NCBI GenBank assembly: GCA_044222475.1 | Contig: JBGANF010000035.1 | Location: 1-64,000 of the forward strand | Direction: 5' to 3' | Length of the DNA stretch: 64,000 nt | Source of the DNA: Polyangiaceae bacterium | GTDB lineage: Bacteria; Myxococcota_A; Polyangia; Polyangiales; Polyangiaceae | In this document: in pieces, positions 10,218 through 21,453 of the stretch | Position numbering within the stretch: the first letter of the stretch is position 1 | Layout of the letters: the number at the start of each line of letters is the position of its first letter | Notes under the pieces: generated by a model | Databases searched by the model: none | Told to the model about the DNA's origin: nothing | The model's input: only the letters and a program-made list of their open reading frames with translations | Position numbers and translations under genes: made by a program

Positions 10218-12893
10218 GTGTCGATCGATCGCGAAAAGGTGCTCGTAGCCGCCCAGAAGTTCGTCGAGAAGAAGCGTTACCCGCAGGCGGTCCTCGAGTA
10301 CCAAAAGATCATCGAGCAAGATCCGAACGACGCTCGGACTCTGCTCAAGATCGGCGACCTCCAACTCAAGATGGAGGCATTCTCCGAGGCCATCGCGACC
10401 TACGAGCGCGTGGGGCGGTTCTACGCGCAGCAAGGCTTCGCGCTCAAGGCGATCGCGGTCTACAAGCAGATCCGCGAGATCGTCGCGAAGAACGTCCCGC
10501 ACCTCGAAGAGCGCTACGCGCACATCCCGCCGAAGCTCGCGGAGCTCTACCAACAGCTCGGCCTCGTGAGCGACGCGCTCGCCGCCCTCGACGACGTCGC
10601 GACGCGGCTCCAGCGCCAGCAGCGCGACGCCGAAGCGATCGAGGTGTTCCGGCGCATCGTCGGCCTCGATCCGACGAATCCCCTGCCCCACCTGCGCCTC
10701 GCCGAAGCGCTCTCGCGCACACGCGACGCGGATGGCGCGGTCAGCGAGTTCAGCGTCGCGGCTGCGCTCCTCGTGAAGCTCGGCCGGCGCGACGACGCGC
10801 TCAAGGTCCTCGAGCGTCTGCTCCACCACCGCCCCGAGGCGGCACAAGCGCGACTCGCCGCGGAGCTGTACATAGCGCGAGGCGCCCAGGCCGACGGGAT
10901 GCAGGCGCTCGCGAAGCTGCAGATCTGCTTCCAGTCGAACCCCAAGGATCTGACCACGCTCGATCTCCTCGCGCGCGCGTTCGTGCTGCTCGGGCAGGCG
11001 AAGAAGGGCGTCGAGGTCCAAAAGGAGATGGCGCGCATCGCGCGCGATCAGCAGCGCTACGACGTCTTCGGGCAGATCGTCGACAAGCTCGTCGCGAACC
11101 ACCCCGACGACGAGGTCGTCCAGCAGCTCGCCGCATCCCGCGCCGAGATCGAAGCGAAGAACGCTCAGCCAGAGTCGCTCCCCGCTCCGGAGCCCACGCA
11201 GGAGATCGCCGACGCCGAGATCCTCGAAGACGACGCGGGCGTGGAAGAGGTCCTCTCGTCGCCGCACGCGGCGGTCCCCGAGCCCGCGGTCTCGGAGGCG
11301 GACCCGATCCCGCTGCGCTCCGCCGACTCCTCGGACGAGGCACCCGAGGTCGTGACCGGCGGCGAGCTCGAGGTCGTCGACGAGCCCGACGTTCGCCTGC
11401 TCCAGCTCCTCGAAGAGGCGCAGTCGTACCGGCGCGTGCGCCTCTACGCTCGCGCGATCAAGTCCCTGGCGGACGCGCTCGAGATCGACGGTCGATCGAT
11501 CCCGGTCCGCGTCGAGCTCCGCGACGTGTACCTCGAGTCGGGGGACACGACCGAAGCCGTCACGGAGATGATCCACATCGCGTCGCTCCAGCTCGACGCG
11601 CTCGACGGCGACGGCGCAGCGACGACTCTGCAAGACGTCCTCGCGATCGATCCGAACAACGAGCGCGCGGCGCAGATGCTCCGCGAGCTTGGCTACGCCC
11701 CGGTCGACGAGGCGGCGCAAGAGCAGCAACAGGTCTACTCCGCGCCGCCCGGTCGCGCGCGCCTCGACAGCTACGATCCCGAGGCGCCGCTCCCGTCGTA
11801 CGACCTCGAAGAGGTCTCCACGTCGCAGGCCTACGCCGAGTCGAAGGTTGCATCCGCGGGGGCGACCGCCGCCGCCGAAGCCGCGGACGAAGACCAACCG
11901 CTGCCGAGCTTCCCGCTCGACGCGCCCGAGTCGGAGGCGCAGTTCGAGCTCATCGCGTCACGCACGACCGAAGACGGCTCTCCGGTGAGCGTCGGCGAGG
12001 TGCCGACGGCGGCCTACGCGAAGCCGACCAACGAGGAGATCGAAGAGGCTCTCGAAGAAGCCGACTTCTTCGCCTCGCGCGGCCTCTTCGACGACGCGCG
12101 CGCCGTCCTCAACGACGCCCTCGCGCGCGCGCCGCAGCACCGACTCCTCCTCGAACGCCGCAGCGAGATCGACGCACAGGCGACCGCGAGCGGCGGCTCC
12201 GGTACGCGCGCGAAGCCGATGTCTTCGATGCCCGCGCAAGCGGCGCGAGGCGTCTCGAACGAGCCCGGACCGTCGACCGAAGAAGACTTCGACATCGCCG
12301 CGAGCCTCGACGCGCTCGAGGCGCTCGACGTCGCGCCCGAAGCGGCGCACATGGTCAACGAGACCGGCCAGGTCGACGTCGAAGAAGTGTTCGCGAAGTT
12401 CAAGGAAGGCGTCTCGAAGACGCTCTCCGTCGACGACGGTCAAGCCCACTACGATCTCGGCCTCGCCTACAAAGAGATGGGCCTCGCGGACGACGCCATC
12501 GGCGAGTTCGAGACCGCCGCGCGCGACCCCAAGCTCGAGTGCGTCGCTCGCTCGATGGTCGGCATGATCCAAGGCGAGCGCGGAAACCTGAAGGAAGCCG
12601 TCACCGCGTTCCAGAAAGGTCTCGCCTCGCGCGTGCGCACGCCGGAGCAAGAGACGGTGCTCTGCTTCGAGATCGGCGCGACGTACGAGCAGATGCGACA
12701 GCCCAAGGAGGCGATCGCGTTCTTCCAGCGCGTCGTGCGCCGCGATCCGACCTACCGCGACGTCCAAGAGCGCCTCCGCCGGTTGACGAAGCCCGAGGCG
12801 AAGCCCCAAGTGCAGAAGCTCGCGGTGGGCGCCGACGACGAGTTCGATCGCGCGTTCGACGAGCTCCTCGGCAGCGGCGGGAAGCTCCCCTAG
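10218..12893 (+). CDS. sgmX: Large TPR protein, SgmX-like (type IV pilus polarity activator)
   Basis: N-terminal TPR array (YQKIIEQDPNDARTLLKIGDL), acidic linker, C-terminal TPRs (AHYDLGLAYKEMGL); architecture recalled from M. xanthus SgmX. Confidence 0.7.
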   Translation: MSIDREKVLVAAQKFVEKKRYPQAVLEYQKIIEQDPNDARTLLKIGDLQLKMEAFSEAIATYERVGRFYAQQGFALKAIAVYKQIREIVAKNVPHLEERYAHIPPKLAELYQQLGLVSDALAALDDVATRLQRQQRDAEAIEVFRRIVGLDPTNPLPHLRLAEALSRTRDADGAVSEFSVAAALLVKLGRRDDALKVLERLLHHRPEAAQARLAAELYIARGAQADGMQALAKLQICFQSNPKDLTTLDLLARAFVLLGQAKKGVEVQKEMARIARDQQRYDVFGQIVDKLVANHPDDEVVQQLAASRAEIEAKNAQPESLPAPEPTQEIADAEILEDDAGVEEVLSSPHAAVPEPAVSEADPIPLRSADSSDEAPEVVTGGELEVVDEPDVRLLQLLEEAQSYRRVRLYARAIKSLADALEIDGRSIPVRVELRDVYLESGDTTEAVTEMIHIASLQLDALDGDGAATTLQDVLAIDPNNERAAQMLRELGYAPVDEAAQEQQQVYSAPPGRARLDSYDPEAPLPSYDLEEVSTSQAYAESKVASAGATAAAEAADEDQPLPSFPLDAPESEAQFELIASRTTEDGSPVSVGEVPTAAYAKPTNEEIEEALEEADFFASRGLFDDARAVLNDALARAPQHRLLLERRSEIDAQATASGGSGTRAKPMSSMPAQAARGVSNEPGPSTEEDFDIAASLDALEALDVAPEAAHMVNETGQVDVEEVFAKFKEGVSKTLSVDDGQAHYDLGLAYKEMGLADDAIGEFETAARDPKLECVARSMVGMIQGERGNLKEAVTAFQKGLASRVRTPEQETVLCFEIGATYEQMRQPKEAIAFFQRVVRRDPTYRDVQERLRRLTKPEAKPQVQKLAVGADDEFDRAFDELLGSGGKLP

Positions 12894-12984
12894 CCTGGGG
12901 AAGGCGGCTCGCGCCGCCTCCCCTCATTCGGCAAAGCCGAATGAGCCTCCCCTCCACGCGGTCCCTCCGCTGCGCGTCGGGATT
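12890..12984 (+). repeat. Dispersed CTAG-initiated palindromic element, longest copy
   Basis: CTAGCCTGGGGAAGGCGGCTCGCGCCGCCTCCCC + hairpin CTCATTCGGC-AAA-GCCGAATGAG + CGCGGTCCCTCCGCTGCGCGTCGGGATT. Confidence 0.85.
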
Positions 12985-13730
12985 CAGTTCCTCCGCTCGC
13001 GAAGAAACCGGAGCAGCGCGATGCCGAGCGCGTCGTCGCTGGTGAGCGACGCGAGCGCAGATGCGTGAGGCGCATCACCGAGGTAGAGCGCGCGGAACAG
13101 CCGCTCCAGCTCCGCGATGCTCGCCGCGGACACGCCGCGTCGCTCGAGGCCGATTCGGTTCACTGCGCGCGGGCGAGCACGATCGCCCGCGGTGATGAGG
13201 AACGGCGGCGCGTCGCGCTCGCACATGGCGCCAGCCGCTACGAACGCGCCGTCCCCGATGCGCACCCGCTGCGCGATCCCGGCGAGACCGCCGAACGTCA
13301 CGTGGTCGCCGATGACGACGTGGCCCGCGAGCTGAGTCCCGTTCGCGACGACGCATCCATCGCCGATCGTCGCGTCGTGACCGACGTGACACCCGGCCAT
13401 GAAGAGGTTGCCCTTTCCGATCCGCGTCGGGCCCTCGGCCGTCCCGCGATGCACGGTGACGTGCTCGCGAAACTCGTTGTCGTCGCCGCACTCGAGCGGC
13501 GTCGCTCGACCGCCCATCGCTCGGTGTTGTGGCGGCCCGCCGACCACCGCGAACGGATGAACCACGTTCCGCGCGCCGAGCGTCGCGGGGCCTAGGACCA
13601 CCGCGTGCGGCATCAACCGCGTGCCGGCTCCGACGGTCACGCCCGCTCCGACGATCGCGAACGGACCGATCTCGACGCCGTCTCCGAGGACGGCAGAGGG
13701 ATCGACGACCGCGCGCGCGTCGATCGCCAT
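12984..13730 (-). CDS. lpxA: UDP-GlcNAc O-acyltransferase LpxA (divergent)
   Basis: Hexapeptide repeats, FREHVTVHRGT, CHVGHD (catalytic His), LAGHV, NRIGLERRG; follows fabZ; start ATG 13730. Confidence 0.85.
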   Translation of the reverse strand: MAIDARAVVDPSAVLGDGVEIGPFAIVGAGVTVGAGTRLMPHAVVLGPATLGARNVVHPFAVVGGPPQHRAMGGRATPLECGDDNEFREHVTVHRGTAEGPTRIGKGNLFMAGCHVGHDATIGDGCVVANGTQLAGHVVIGDHVTFGGLAGIAQRVRIGDGAFVAAGAMCERDAPPFLITAGDRARPRAVNRIGLERRGVSAASIAELERLFRALYLGDAPHASALASLTSDDALGIALLRFLRERRN

Positions 13731-13732
13731 CG

Positions 13733-14188
13733 TCAGCCGTTCTTGTCGACGACGCTCGCGAGGAGCTCGGCCTCGGCGCACAGCGTGCCGTCGACCGTCG
13801 CCTCTCCGCGGAACTTCCAGACGTTGGTCCGGTGGTGAACCGCCGCCACCTCGAGGTCGAGGCGGTCGCCCGGGATCACCGGTCGGCGGAACTTCGCCTT
13901 GTCGATCCCGAGGAAGTACATCAGCGACGTCGAAGCATCGAACGGCTCGCTCGCGTACGCGAGGAGGCCTCCGATCTGCGCCATCGCCTCGAGGATCAAC
14001 ACGCCCGGCATGATCGGGCGTTGAGGGAAGTGTCCTTGGAACCAAGGCTCGTTGACGCTCACGCACTTGTGACCGCGGATGCGCTGGTTCGGCACGACGT
14101 CCGTCACCCGGTCGACGAGGACGAACGGATACCGGTGGGGAAGCACCTGGAGAATGCGATCGATGTCGAGGCGGATGGGGGTGGTCAC
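13733..14188 (-). CDS. fabZ: 3-hydroxyacyl-ACP dehydratase FabZ
   Basis: [43 protein letters not shown]. Confidence 0.96.
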   Translation of the reverse strand: MTTPIRLDIDRILQVLPHRYPFVLVDRVTDVVPNQRIRGHKCVSVNEPWFQGHFPQRPIMPGVLILEAMAQIGGLLAYASEPFDASTSLMYFLGIDKAKFRRPVIPGDRLDLEVAAVHHRTNVWKFRGEATVDGTLCAEAELLASVVDKNG

Positions 14189-15051
14189 GGCCTTTGCTTT
14201 CGCTCGCGCTTGCGAAACGCCTCCGCGACGCCGCGGAGCCAGCGTGCACGGGCGATCGCCGGGTATCCTGCCACGACCGCACCCGCGGGTACATCACCGA
14301 TCACGCCCGCCTTCGCCGCGATGCGAGCGCCATCGCCGACGGTGACGTGATCGGCGATGCCGGCCTGACCTCCCACGAGGACGCCGCGGCCGAGCGTGAC
14401 CGAGCCGGCGAAGCCCGCTTGCGCGGCGACGATGCACCCCTCGCCGATCGTGACGTTGTGGCCGACGTGGACGTGCGCGTCGAGCTTCGTGCCGCGTCCG
14501 ATGCGGGTCGGTCCGAGAGTGCCGCCGTCGATCGTGCAGAGCGGGCCGACGTAGACGTCGTCCTCGAGGACGACGCCTCCGAGCTGCGGCATCGGCCGGC
14601 TCGCGCCCTGCTCGGTCACGACCCAACCGAAGCCGGGCCCGCCGAGGACCGCTCCAGGCCCGACGACGACGCGCGCGCCCAGGACGACTCGCGGTCCGAG
14701 CACCGCGGTCGGGTGCACGCGGCATCCTTCGCCGACGATCGGCGCGGCCTCCTCGACGATCGCGCGGTCGAGGACGTACGCGAGCGCGGCGGCGGCGTGC
14801 GGGTGGACCCACGTCGCACGAGCGCGGGGAGCGCGCGGCGCGAGCGCGCGGTCGACGAGGACGACCGCGCCGCGCGTGATCGCGTCGCATGCATCCTGCA
14901 CGTATTTGCCGTGAAGCCACGGCGTCAGGGCGCCGTCCGCCGCGTCTCGGAGTCGAGCCACGGACGACACGACGACGGTTGCGTCGCCGAGGATTTCGCC
15001 ACCTGCTGCGGCCGCGAGCTCGGCGAGCGTCGCCGCGGCGACGGAGATCAC
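14185..15051 (-). CDS. lpxD: UDP-3-O-acyl-GlcN N-acyltransferase LpxD (short form)
   Basis: [37 protein letters not shown]; lies between skp and fabZ. Confidence 0.85.
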   Translation of the reverse strand: MISVAAATLAELAAAAGGEILGDATVVVSSVARLRDAADGALTPWLHGKYVQDACDAITRGAVVLVDRALAPRAPRARATWVHPHAAAALAYVLDRAIVEEAAPIVGEGCRVHPTAVLGPRVVLGARVVVGPGAVLGGPGFGWVVTEQGASRPMPQLGGVVLEDDVYVGPLCTIDGGTLGPTRIGRGTKLDAHVHVGHNVTIGEGCIVAAQAGFAGSVTLGRGVLVGGQAGIADHVTVGDGARIAAKAGVIGDVPAGAVVAGYPAIARARWLRGVAEAFRKRERKQRP

Positions 15052-15665
15052 TTCGGAGCGGCGGATCCGCTCGGCGCGGGCGGCGGACCACCGCCGGGCG
15101 CCGGGGCGACGCCGCTGTTGTACATCTGGATGACCTTGTCGGTGAGGTCGAGGTCGGTGCGCACGTACGCGACCGTCGCGCGGTCGACGATGAGATCGAA
15201 GTTCTCGGTCGTGGCGACGCGCTTCACGATGCCCATGATCTTCTCGAAGATCGGCTCCGTGAGCTCCTTCTGCTTCTTGTCGAGCTCCTTGTTGTAGTCG
15301 ACGAAGACGGACTGAAGCTCCATGAGCTGCTTGTTGAGGTCCTCGAGGCGCTTCGAGTACGCCTCCTTCGAGAGCACCTTCGCCTGCTTGTCGATGTCCT
15401 CTTTCTGCTTCTGCAGATCGGCCTGACGGCGGTTGAGCTCTTGCTGCTTGTTGTCGAACAGCTTCTTCAACGTCGCCTGGGCGCGAAGACCGTCCTCGGT
15501 CTGCATCACGGCGCGTTGCACGTCGACGACGCCGACCTTCTGCCCCGTCGACTGCGCGTGCGCCTCGCGCTCGGCGAGCGGGCCTCCGCTGACGCCGAGA
15601 GCGAACGTCGGCACCACGAACGCGAGGGCGAGGGCCGAACGACGGACCAGAGCGCTGAGCTTCAT
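15048..15665 (-). CDS. skp: Periplasmic chaperone Skp/OmpH
   Basis: Signal peptide, KVGVVDVQR, coiled coil, DLTDKVI; upstream of lpxD. Confidence 0.9.
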   Translation of the reverse strand: MKLSALVRRSALALAFVVPTFALGVSGGPLAEREAHAQSTGQKVGVVDVQRAVMQTEDGLRAQATLKKLFDNKQQELNRRQADLQKQKEDIDKQAKVLSKEAYSKRLEDLNKQLMELQSVFVDYNKELDKKQKELTEPIFEKIMGIVKRVATTENFDLIVDRATVAYVRTDLDLTDKVIQMYNSGVAPAPGGGPPPAPSGSAAPK

Positions 15666-15853
15666 GCCGAGCGAGTTAGCCCGTTGTTCCGTTCAGGTCA
15701 AACCCAAGCGTGGAAGGGCGTCCCCCGCCGGGCGCGGAGGCCGTGATCATGCTAACGATCTCCCATCAGGCCTTCGTGACCGGACGGCCTGCTCCAGGTG
15801 TGGACGGCTGGTTACACCCCCGCCCGAAACCCCTGGATTCTTCGATTTGGGCC

Positions 15854-15870
15854 TTGGCACGGACTGTGGA
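15854..15870 (+). promoter_or_regulatory. Possible sigma-54 promoter
   Basis: TTGGCACG is a perfect -24 box, but the -12 position reads GTGGA rather than TTGCA; about 35 nt before ATG 15904. Confidence 0.35.
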
Positions 15871-15903
15871 TACCATCGAGAGAATCCCGTGGAGGAAAGA
15901 CCC

Positions 15904-16938
15904 ATGAGCTTGCAGGCGGTGCGCACGTTTTCCAAAGTGACCTTCGGGCTCTTCGCTTTGCTCGGTGTCGGCGTCGTCGCCGCCGAGGGGGGCTGCGGTC
16001 CGGGCGACACGCGCTACTACTGCGACAGCACCGGCTGCTTCAACTGCGACGGCTACGGCTGTTCGCCGGTGAAGCCCCCGGTGAACAACACCTGCACCGG
16101 CAACAAGAGCTGCGGCGCGGGTGAGGTCTGCACCACCACGGGCTGCGTGAAGCAGTGCCCGGGCGGCAAGGACACCGAGTGTCCGCAGGGCACCGTTTGC
16201 AAGTCGAACCTCTGCGTGGCCCCGACCGATCCGCCGCCGGATCCGAAGCAGTGCACCACGAAGGCGGACTGCAACTCGGGCGAGCAGTGCCAGGGCGGCA
16301 AGTGCGTCGCGTGCGGCGGCTCCAACGGTCCGTGCTCGTGCGCCGTCAACACCGACTGCGACGCCGGCCAAGTGTGCTCCGGCGGCATCTGCAAGTCGGC
16401 GAGCACGGTCTGCAAGTACTCGAGCGAGTGCGGCGCGGGGAAGGTCTGCGCCGACGGCCAGTGCCTCGTCGATTGCTCGAAGGACGCCAAGGTCTGCGCG
16501 ACCGGTTACGTGTGCTCGCCAAAGGGCGTCTGCGTCCTCGAGACGCCCGAGTGCACGACGAACGCCCAGTGCACGGGCAACAAGAACGGGCCGATCTGCG
16601 TCGCCGGCAAGTGCAGCGCCCAGTGCGGCAACGGCCTGCCCGACTGCCAGACGGGCTTCTACTGCGAGCAGGGCGCCTGCGTGGTCGACAACCGACCGAA
16701 GCCGAACTGCACCGTCAACGGCGGCGAGTGCGGCCCGAACCAGCAGTGCGTCGGCGGCTTCTGCAAGTACACCTGCAGCGACGACAACCAGTGCAAGCTC
16801 ATCGACGCGCGCATCGGCTTCTGCGGCAAGGACAAGGTCTGCCGCAGCTTCGAAGAGGCCAACGCCGAGTGCTTCGCCAACAGCGACTGCACGGGCGCGA
16901 ACGCAGGCAAGAGCTGCGTCGCCAACAAGTGCCTCTAG
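15904..16938 (+). CDS. Cys-rich repeat lipoprotein (myxobacterial type)
   Basis: Signal peptide ending AEGGC; 51 Cys in 344 aa, arranged as about 12 C-x5-C-x5-C-x4-C modules; SD-like GGAGGA upstream. Confidence 0.85.
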   Translation: MSLQAVRTFSKVTFGLFALLGVGVVAAEGGCGPGDTRYYCDSTGCFNCDGYGCSPVKPPVNNTCTGNKSCGAGEVCTTTGCVKQCPGGKDTECPQGTVCKSNLCVAPTDPPPDPKQCTTKADCNSGEQCQGGKCVACGGSNGPCSCAVNTDCDAGQVCSGGICKSASTVCKYSSECGAGKVCADGQCLVDCSKDAKVCATGYVCSPKGVCVLETPECTTNAQCTGNKNGPICVAGKCSAQCGNGLPDCQTGFYCEQGACVVDNRPKPNCTVNGGECGPNQQCVGGFCKYTCSDDNQCKLIDARIGFCGKDKVCRSFEEANAECFANSDCTGANAGKSCVANKCL

Positions 16939-16982
16939 CCTGGGGAAGGCGGCTCGCGGTCCCTCCGCTACGCGTCGGGATT
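16935..16982 (+). repeat. Dispersed CTAG-initiated element, internally deleted copy
   Basis: CTAGCCTGGGGAAGGCGGCTCGCG joined directly to GTCCCTCCGCTACGCGTCGGGATT. Confidence 0.85.
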
Positions 16983-16999
16983 CCGCCTGTTCGGCAGGG

Positions 17000-18075
<1,076 letters not shown>

Positions 18076-18076
<1 letters not shown>

Positions 18077-19434
18077 CAGACGATCACGTAGTCTTCGGAG
18101 ACACTGAGCGTCGACGTGTTCAGCACGAGCGACGTCTCTTCGTCGCGTTGGACGGCGAGCAGGTACAGCGTCTGCAGAATCGCCGGGTGCTCGCGGATGA
18201 GCACGAGGAAATCCTCTCGCGGAAGATGGAGCGTGACCGTCGGGTGAACCGCGACGACGTCGGCGTTCGCCTTGCGTCGCAGCACGAGCGCGACTTCGCC
18301 GACGACGTCACCGGTCGCGAGCGTCGACAGCACGAACGACTCGCCGCTCTCGTGACCGACGATCGCGACCTCGCCGGAGGCGATCAGGTGGAGCCCGCTC
18401 GTGTCTTGACCCTCGGCGATGAGCTTGTCGCCCTTCTCGAAGACCTTCGTCTCGAATCGTTCGACGAGCGCCGGACGCTCGTTCGGGTTCACCGCCACCA
18501 AGATCGGCGAGGTCCGTACGAGGTTCGCGACCATTCGCCGCCGGCAGTGAGCCGCGAGCTCGATGCCGACCTCGGGCCGCTTCTCGGCCACGATCTCGAG
18601 CGCATCGCGACGCGCGACGAGCAGGATCGACGGTCGGCACGCGACGACGCTCGCCGCGCGCGGGGCTCGCGAGAGGAGGGCCATCTCGCCGAAGAGCGCT
18701 CCGTTCGTGAGCCGCGCCAAAGTCACGACCGACGCCGGCTCGTCCTCGTTCGCCTCGGAGCGACGACGGACCTCGAGCTCGCCGCGCGCGACGATGTACG
18801 CCTCGGCACCTTCTTCGCCCTGAACGATGACCTCTTTGTTCGCCGGGACGGTCATCATCTCGAACGCGCCGATGAGGGCGCGAAGGCCTTCGCGGTTCAG
18901 CGCAGAGAACAAGGGCAGCGGCGCGAACTGCGTCACGTGACCGTTGCTCTCCACCTTGGAGCGGGCCTCGTGGATGATCTCCGTCGCCTTCGACAGCAGC
19001 GCGGGGCCGGTGAGGAAGCTCGAGAGCGGCTGGAACTTCTGGAACGACGGGAGCGGCGGCGGCGGCGGAGCGACGTCCGTCAGCCGAGGCGACCCGGCGC
19101 AGAACGCACTCGCGATCGCGTCGAGGTGGTCGTCGATGTTGATCCCGAGCTTGAACAGGTCGGCGATCGCGGCCACGGCGAGCGGGAGGTTTCCGCTGTC
19201 GATCGACCGCTTCAACCCGAGCTCGAAGCCCTCGATCGCGGCCTCGGTTCGACCGAAATCCGCGAGGAGCCGGCACGTGAGGATGAGGGCGCTCGGCGCG
19301 TCCTCGAACTCGACGACGGCGGCGCTCCAACGCAGCGCAGCCTCGCGCTCGTTGGCGAGCATGAGCGAGAGCGCTCGGTCGAGGGGCGAGTCGGTGGCCT
19401 TGCTGCCAGGCAGGTCGGGCGGCGAGGTGGGCAT
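18076..19434 (-). CDS. Tandem cyclic-nucleotide-binding domain protein
   Basis: Two cNMP domains (FGEMALLSRAPRAASV; VGEVALVLRRKANADV) after a helical N-domain; no HTH. Confidence 0.85.
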
Positions 19435-19474
19435 CTCTCCGCCGCAGCATACATCAGCGCCAGAAAAAAGAGTC

Positions 19475-20545
19475 CTACTCGCTCTTACCGGGGTCGCGCT
19501 GGTCTCGCTTGCCGGCCTCGCTGCGGGACGTCATCGCGTTCGCGGTCGCCGTCACGATCGGGATGATCTTCGGGTAATCCATGCGGGTCGGACCGATGAT
19601 TCCCACCGTCCCCGCCCGCTCGCCGTCCTCGGTGAAGGACGCCCCGACGATGGCGAGCTGTCCGCCACCGAGCCCACCCGCCTCGCTCCCGACCACGACG
19701 CGGGCGACGTCCGCGGCCATGGTCGCATCGAGGAGCTCCACCAGCCGGTCCCGTTCGTCGAGCGCGTTCATGACCTCTTTGAGGTTGTGGGCGTCCGAGA
19801 ACTCGGGCTGCTCGAAGAGCTTCGCCTGCCCTTCGATCACGAGCTGACTCTCCGGCGCGACCGGAACGTCCGCGATCGCGGCGGTCCCGAGCTCGAACGC
19901 GCGGCGGCGCAGCTCGTCGTGCTGCACTTTGTCGCTCGTGAGGCGTCGAGCGAAGAGCTCGCGGACGTCGCGCAGCGACCTCCCCTCGATCACGTCGTCG
20001 AGCAGGTTGTGGATTCGTACGAGCTCCCCCTCGGTCACCGAAGTGCGGAGGAAGCGGTTCGCGACGGCGCCGTTCTTCATCACGAGCACGGCCAAAAGCT
20101 CGTCGGGCCCCAGGGCCACGAAGCGCAGACTGCGGAGCGTCAGCCCCTCGCCCTTGGGCGTGACCACCACCGCCGCGGTGCCGGTGAGCTCGGACAAGAG
20201 CTTCCCGGTCTCACGCAGGACGTCTTTCCCGGGCTCGACGGCCTCGAGGTAGTTTCGAATGCGCGCGTGCTCCTCCATCGAGAGCTGTCGGATCTCCATG
20301 AGCGCGTCCACGAAGAGACGGAACGCGCGTTCCGTAGGGATGCGCCCCGCGCTCGTGTGGGGTTGGGCGAGGAACCCGAGGTCTTCGAGGTCGGCGAGGA
20401 CGTTGCGGATGCTCGCCGGAGAGAGATCGATCCCCGCTTTCTTCGAGATCGTACGCGATCCGACCGGCTCACCGGTGGCGACGAACTCGGAGATGACGGC
20501 GTACAGGATCTGACGGGCGCGTAGGTTCAGCTCGGCGGGAGGCAT
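19475..20545 (-). CDS. hrcA: Heat-inducible transcriptional repressor HrcA
   Basis: EPVGSRTI, SPASIRNVLADLEDLG, QPHTSAGRIPT, GIIGPTRMDY; start 20545 or 20560. Confidence 0.95.
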   Translation of the reverse strand: MPPAELNLRARQILYAVISEFVATGEPVGSRTISKKAGIDLSPASIRNVLADLEDLGFLAQPHTSAGRIPTERAFRLFVDALMEIRQLSMEEHARIRNYLEAVEPGKDVLRETGKLLSELTGTAAVVVTPKGEGLTLRSLRFVALGPDELLAVLVMKNGAVANRFLRTSVTEGELVRIHNLLDDVIEGRSLRDVRELFARRLTSDKVQHDELRRRAFELGTAAIADVPVAPESQLVIEGQAKLFEQPEFSDAHNLKEVMNALDERDRLVELLDATMAADVARVVVGSEAGGLGGGQLAIVGASFTEDGERAGTVGIIGPTRMDYPKIIPIVTATANAMTSRSEAGKRDQRDPGKSE

Positions 20546-20601
20546 GGGGACCGGACCCATAAATTGTAGCCATTTTTTCGGGCGGCGTTAGAGTTCTCGC
20601 C

Positions 20602-21447
20602 ATGCGCCTCGCGGCGAGCTGCCTCACGCTCGGTCTCTTGCTGGTCGCCCCCCCTCTCGTGGGCGTGGGTGATGCGCTGGGCGACGATCCGACCCACACC
20701 GAAGATCGCGATCCCCCGCTCCCCGACCCCACGGCGACGGGAGGGCTCGACACGCTCCCGACGGGCAACGGCGGCGACGACGGGAGTCTCGCCGTCGGCC
20801 AGATCGTGACCCCGGCGAACCCCAACACGACCCCGGCGAAGCGCTACTCGTCGATGGACCGGGGGAGCTGCCAGGCCGAGCTCGTGCGTCGCAAGATCCC
20901 GTTCGTGTCGGCCGGCGCCGCACGCGGCGTGCTCGCGCCGGTTCGCCTCACCGGGCCGATTCACGGCGTCACGTTCCACACCGGCTTGCCCGCCGCGCAA
21001 CGCGCGACGTCGCCGTACGAGATCCTCGATTGCCGCCTGGTGCTTGCGCTCGACGATTTCGCGGCGATCCTCGCCAAGTACGACGTGGTCGACGTCATTC
21101 ACTTCTCGGTCTACCGGCCGCCGAGCGCACGCGCCTTCGCGGACGGCCACATCGGTCGCCAGCACGACGGCGGCCTCGCCATCGACGCCGGGGTCTTCGT
21201 CAAGAAGGACGGCACCCAGCTCAACGTCGAGAAGGACTACCACGGCCGCATCGGCGCCGGGACCTGCGTCGCCGGCTCCGGACCGAGCCCGGTCACGCCG
21301 GCGGCGATCACGCTCCGGTCGATCGCGTGCGACGCCGCCGCTGCCCACCTCTTCAACGTCGAGCTCACGCCCAACTACAACTGGGCGCACCGGAACCACT
21401 TCCACCTCGAGGTGACCCCCAACGTCACCTGGTTCCTGGTTCACTAG
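20602..21447 (+). CDS. Secreted extensin-like C-terminal domain protein (M15-like Zn fold)
   Basis: Signal peptide; QHDGGLAID and HRNHFHLE motifs. Confidence 0.75.
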   Translation: MRLAASCLTLGLLLVAPPLVGVGDALGDDPTHTEDRDPPLPDPTATGGLDTLPTGNGGDDGSLAVGQIVTPANPNTTPAKRYSSMDRGSCQAELVRRKIPFVSAGAARGVLAPVRLTGPIHGVTFHTGLPAAQRATSPYEILDCRLVLALDDFAAILAKYDVVDVIHFSVYRPPSARAFADGHIGRQHDGGLAIDAGVFVKKDGTQLNVEKDYHGRIGAGTCVAGSGPSPVTPAAITLRSIACDAAAAHLFNVELTPNYNWAHRNHFHLEVTPNVTWFLVH

Positions 21448-21453
21448 CCTCCC

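Noticed and set aside
20546..20601. CIRCE operator upstream of hrcA
   Set aside because: There is no TTAGCACTC-N9-GAGTGCTAA match; only -10-like hexamers are present.
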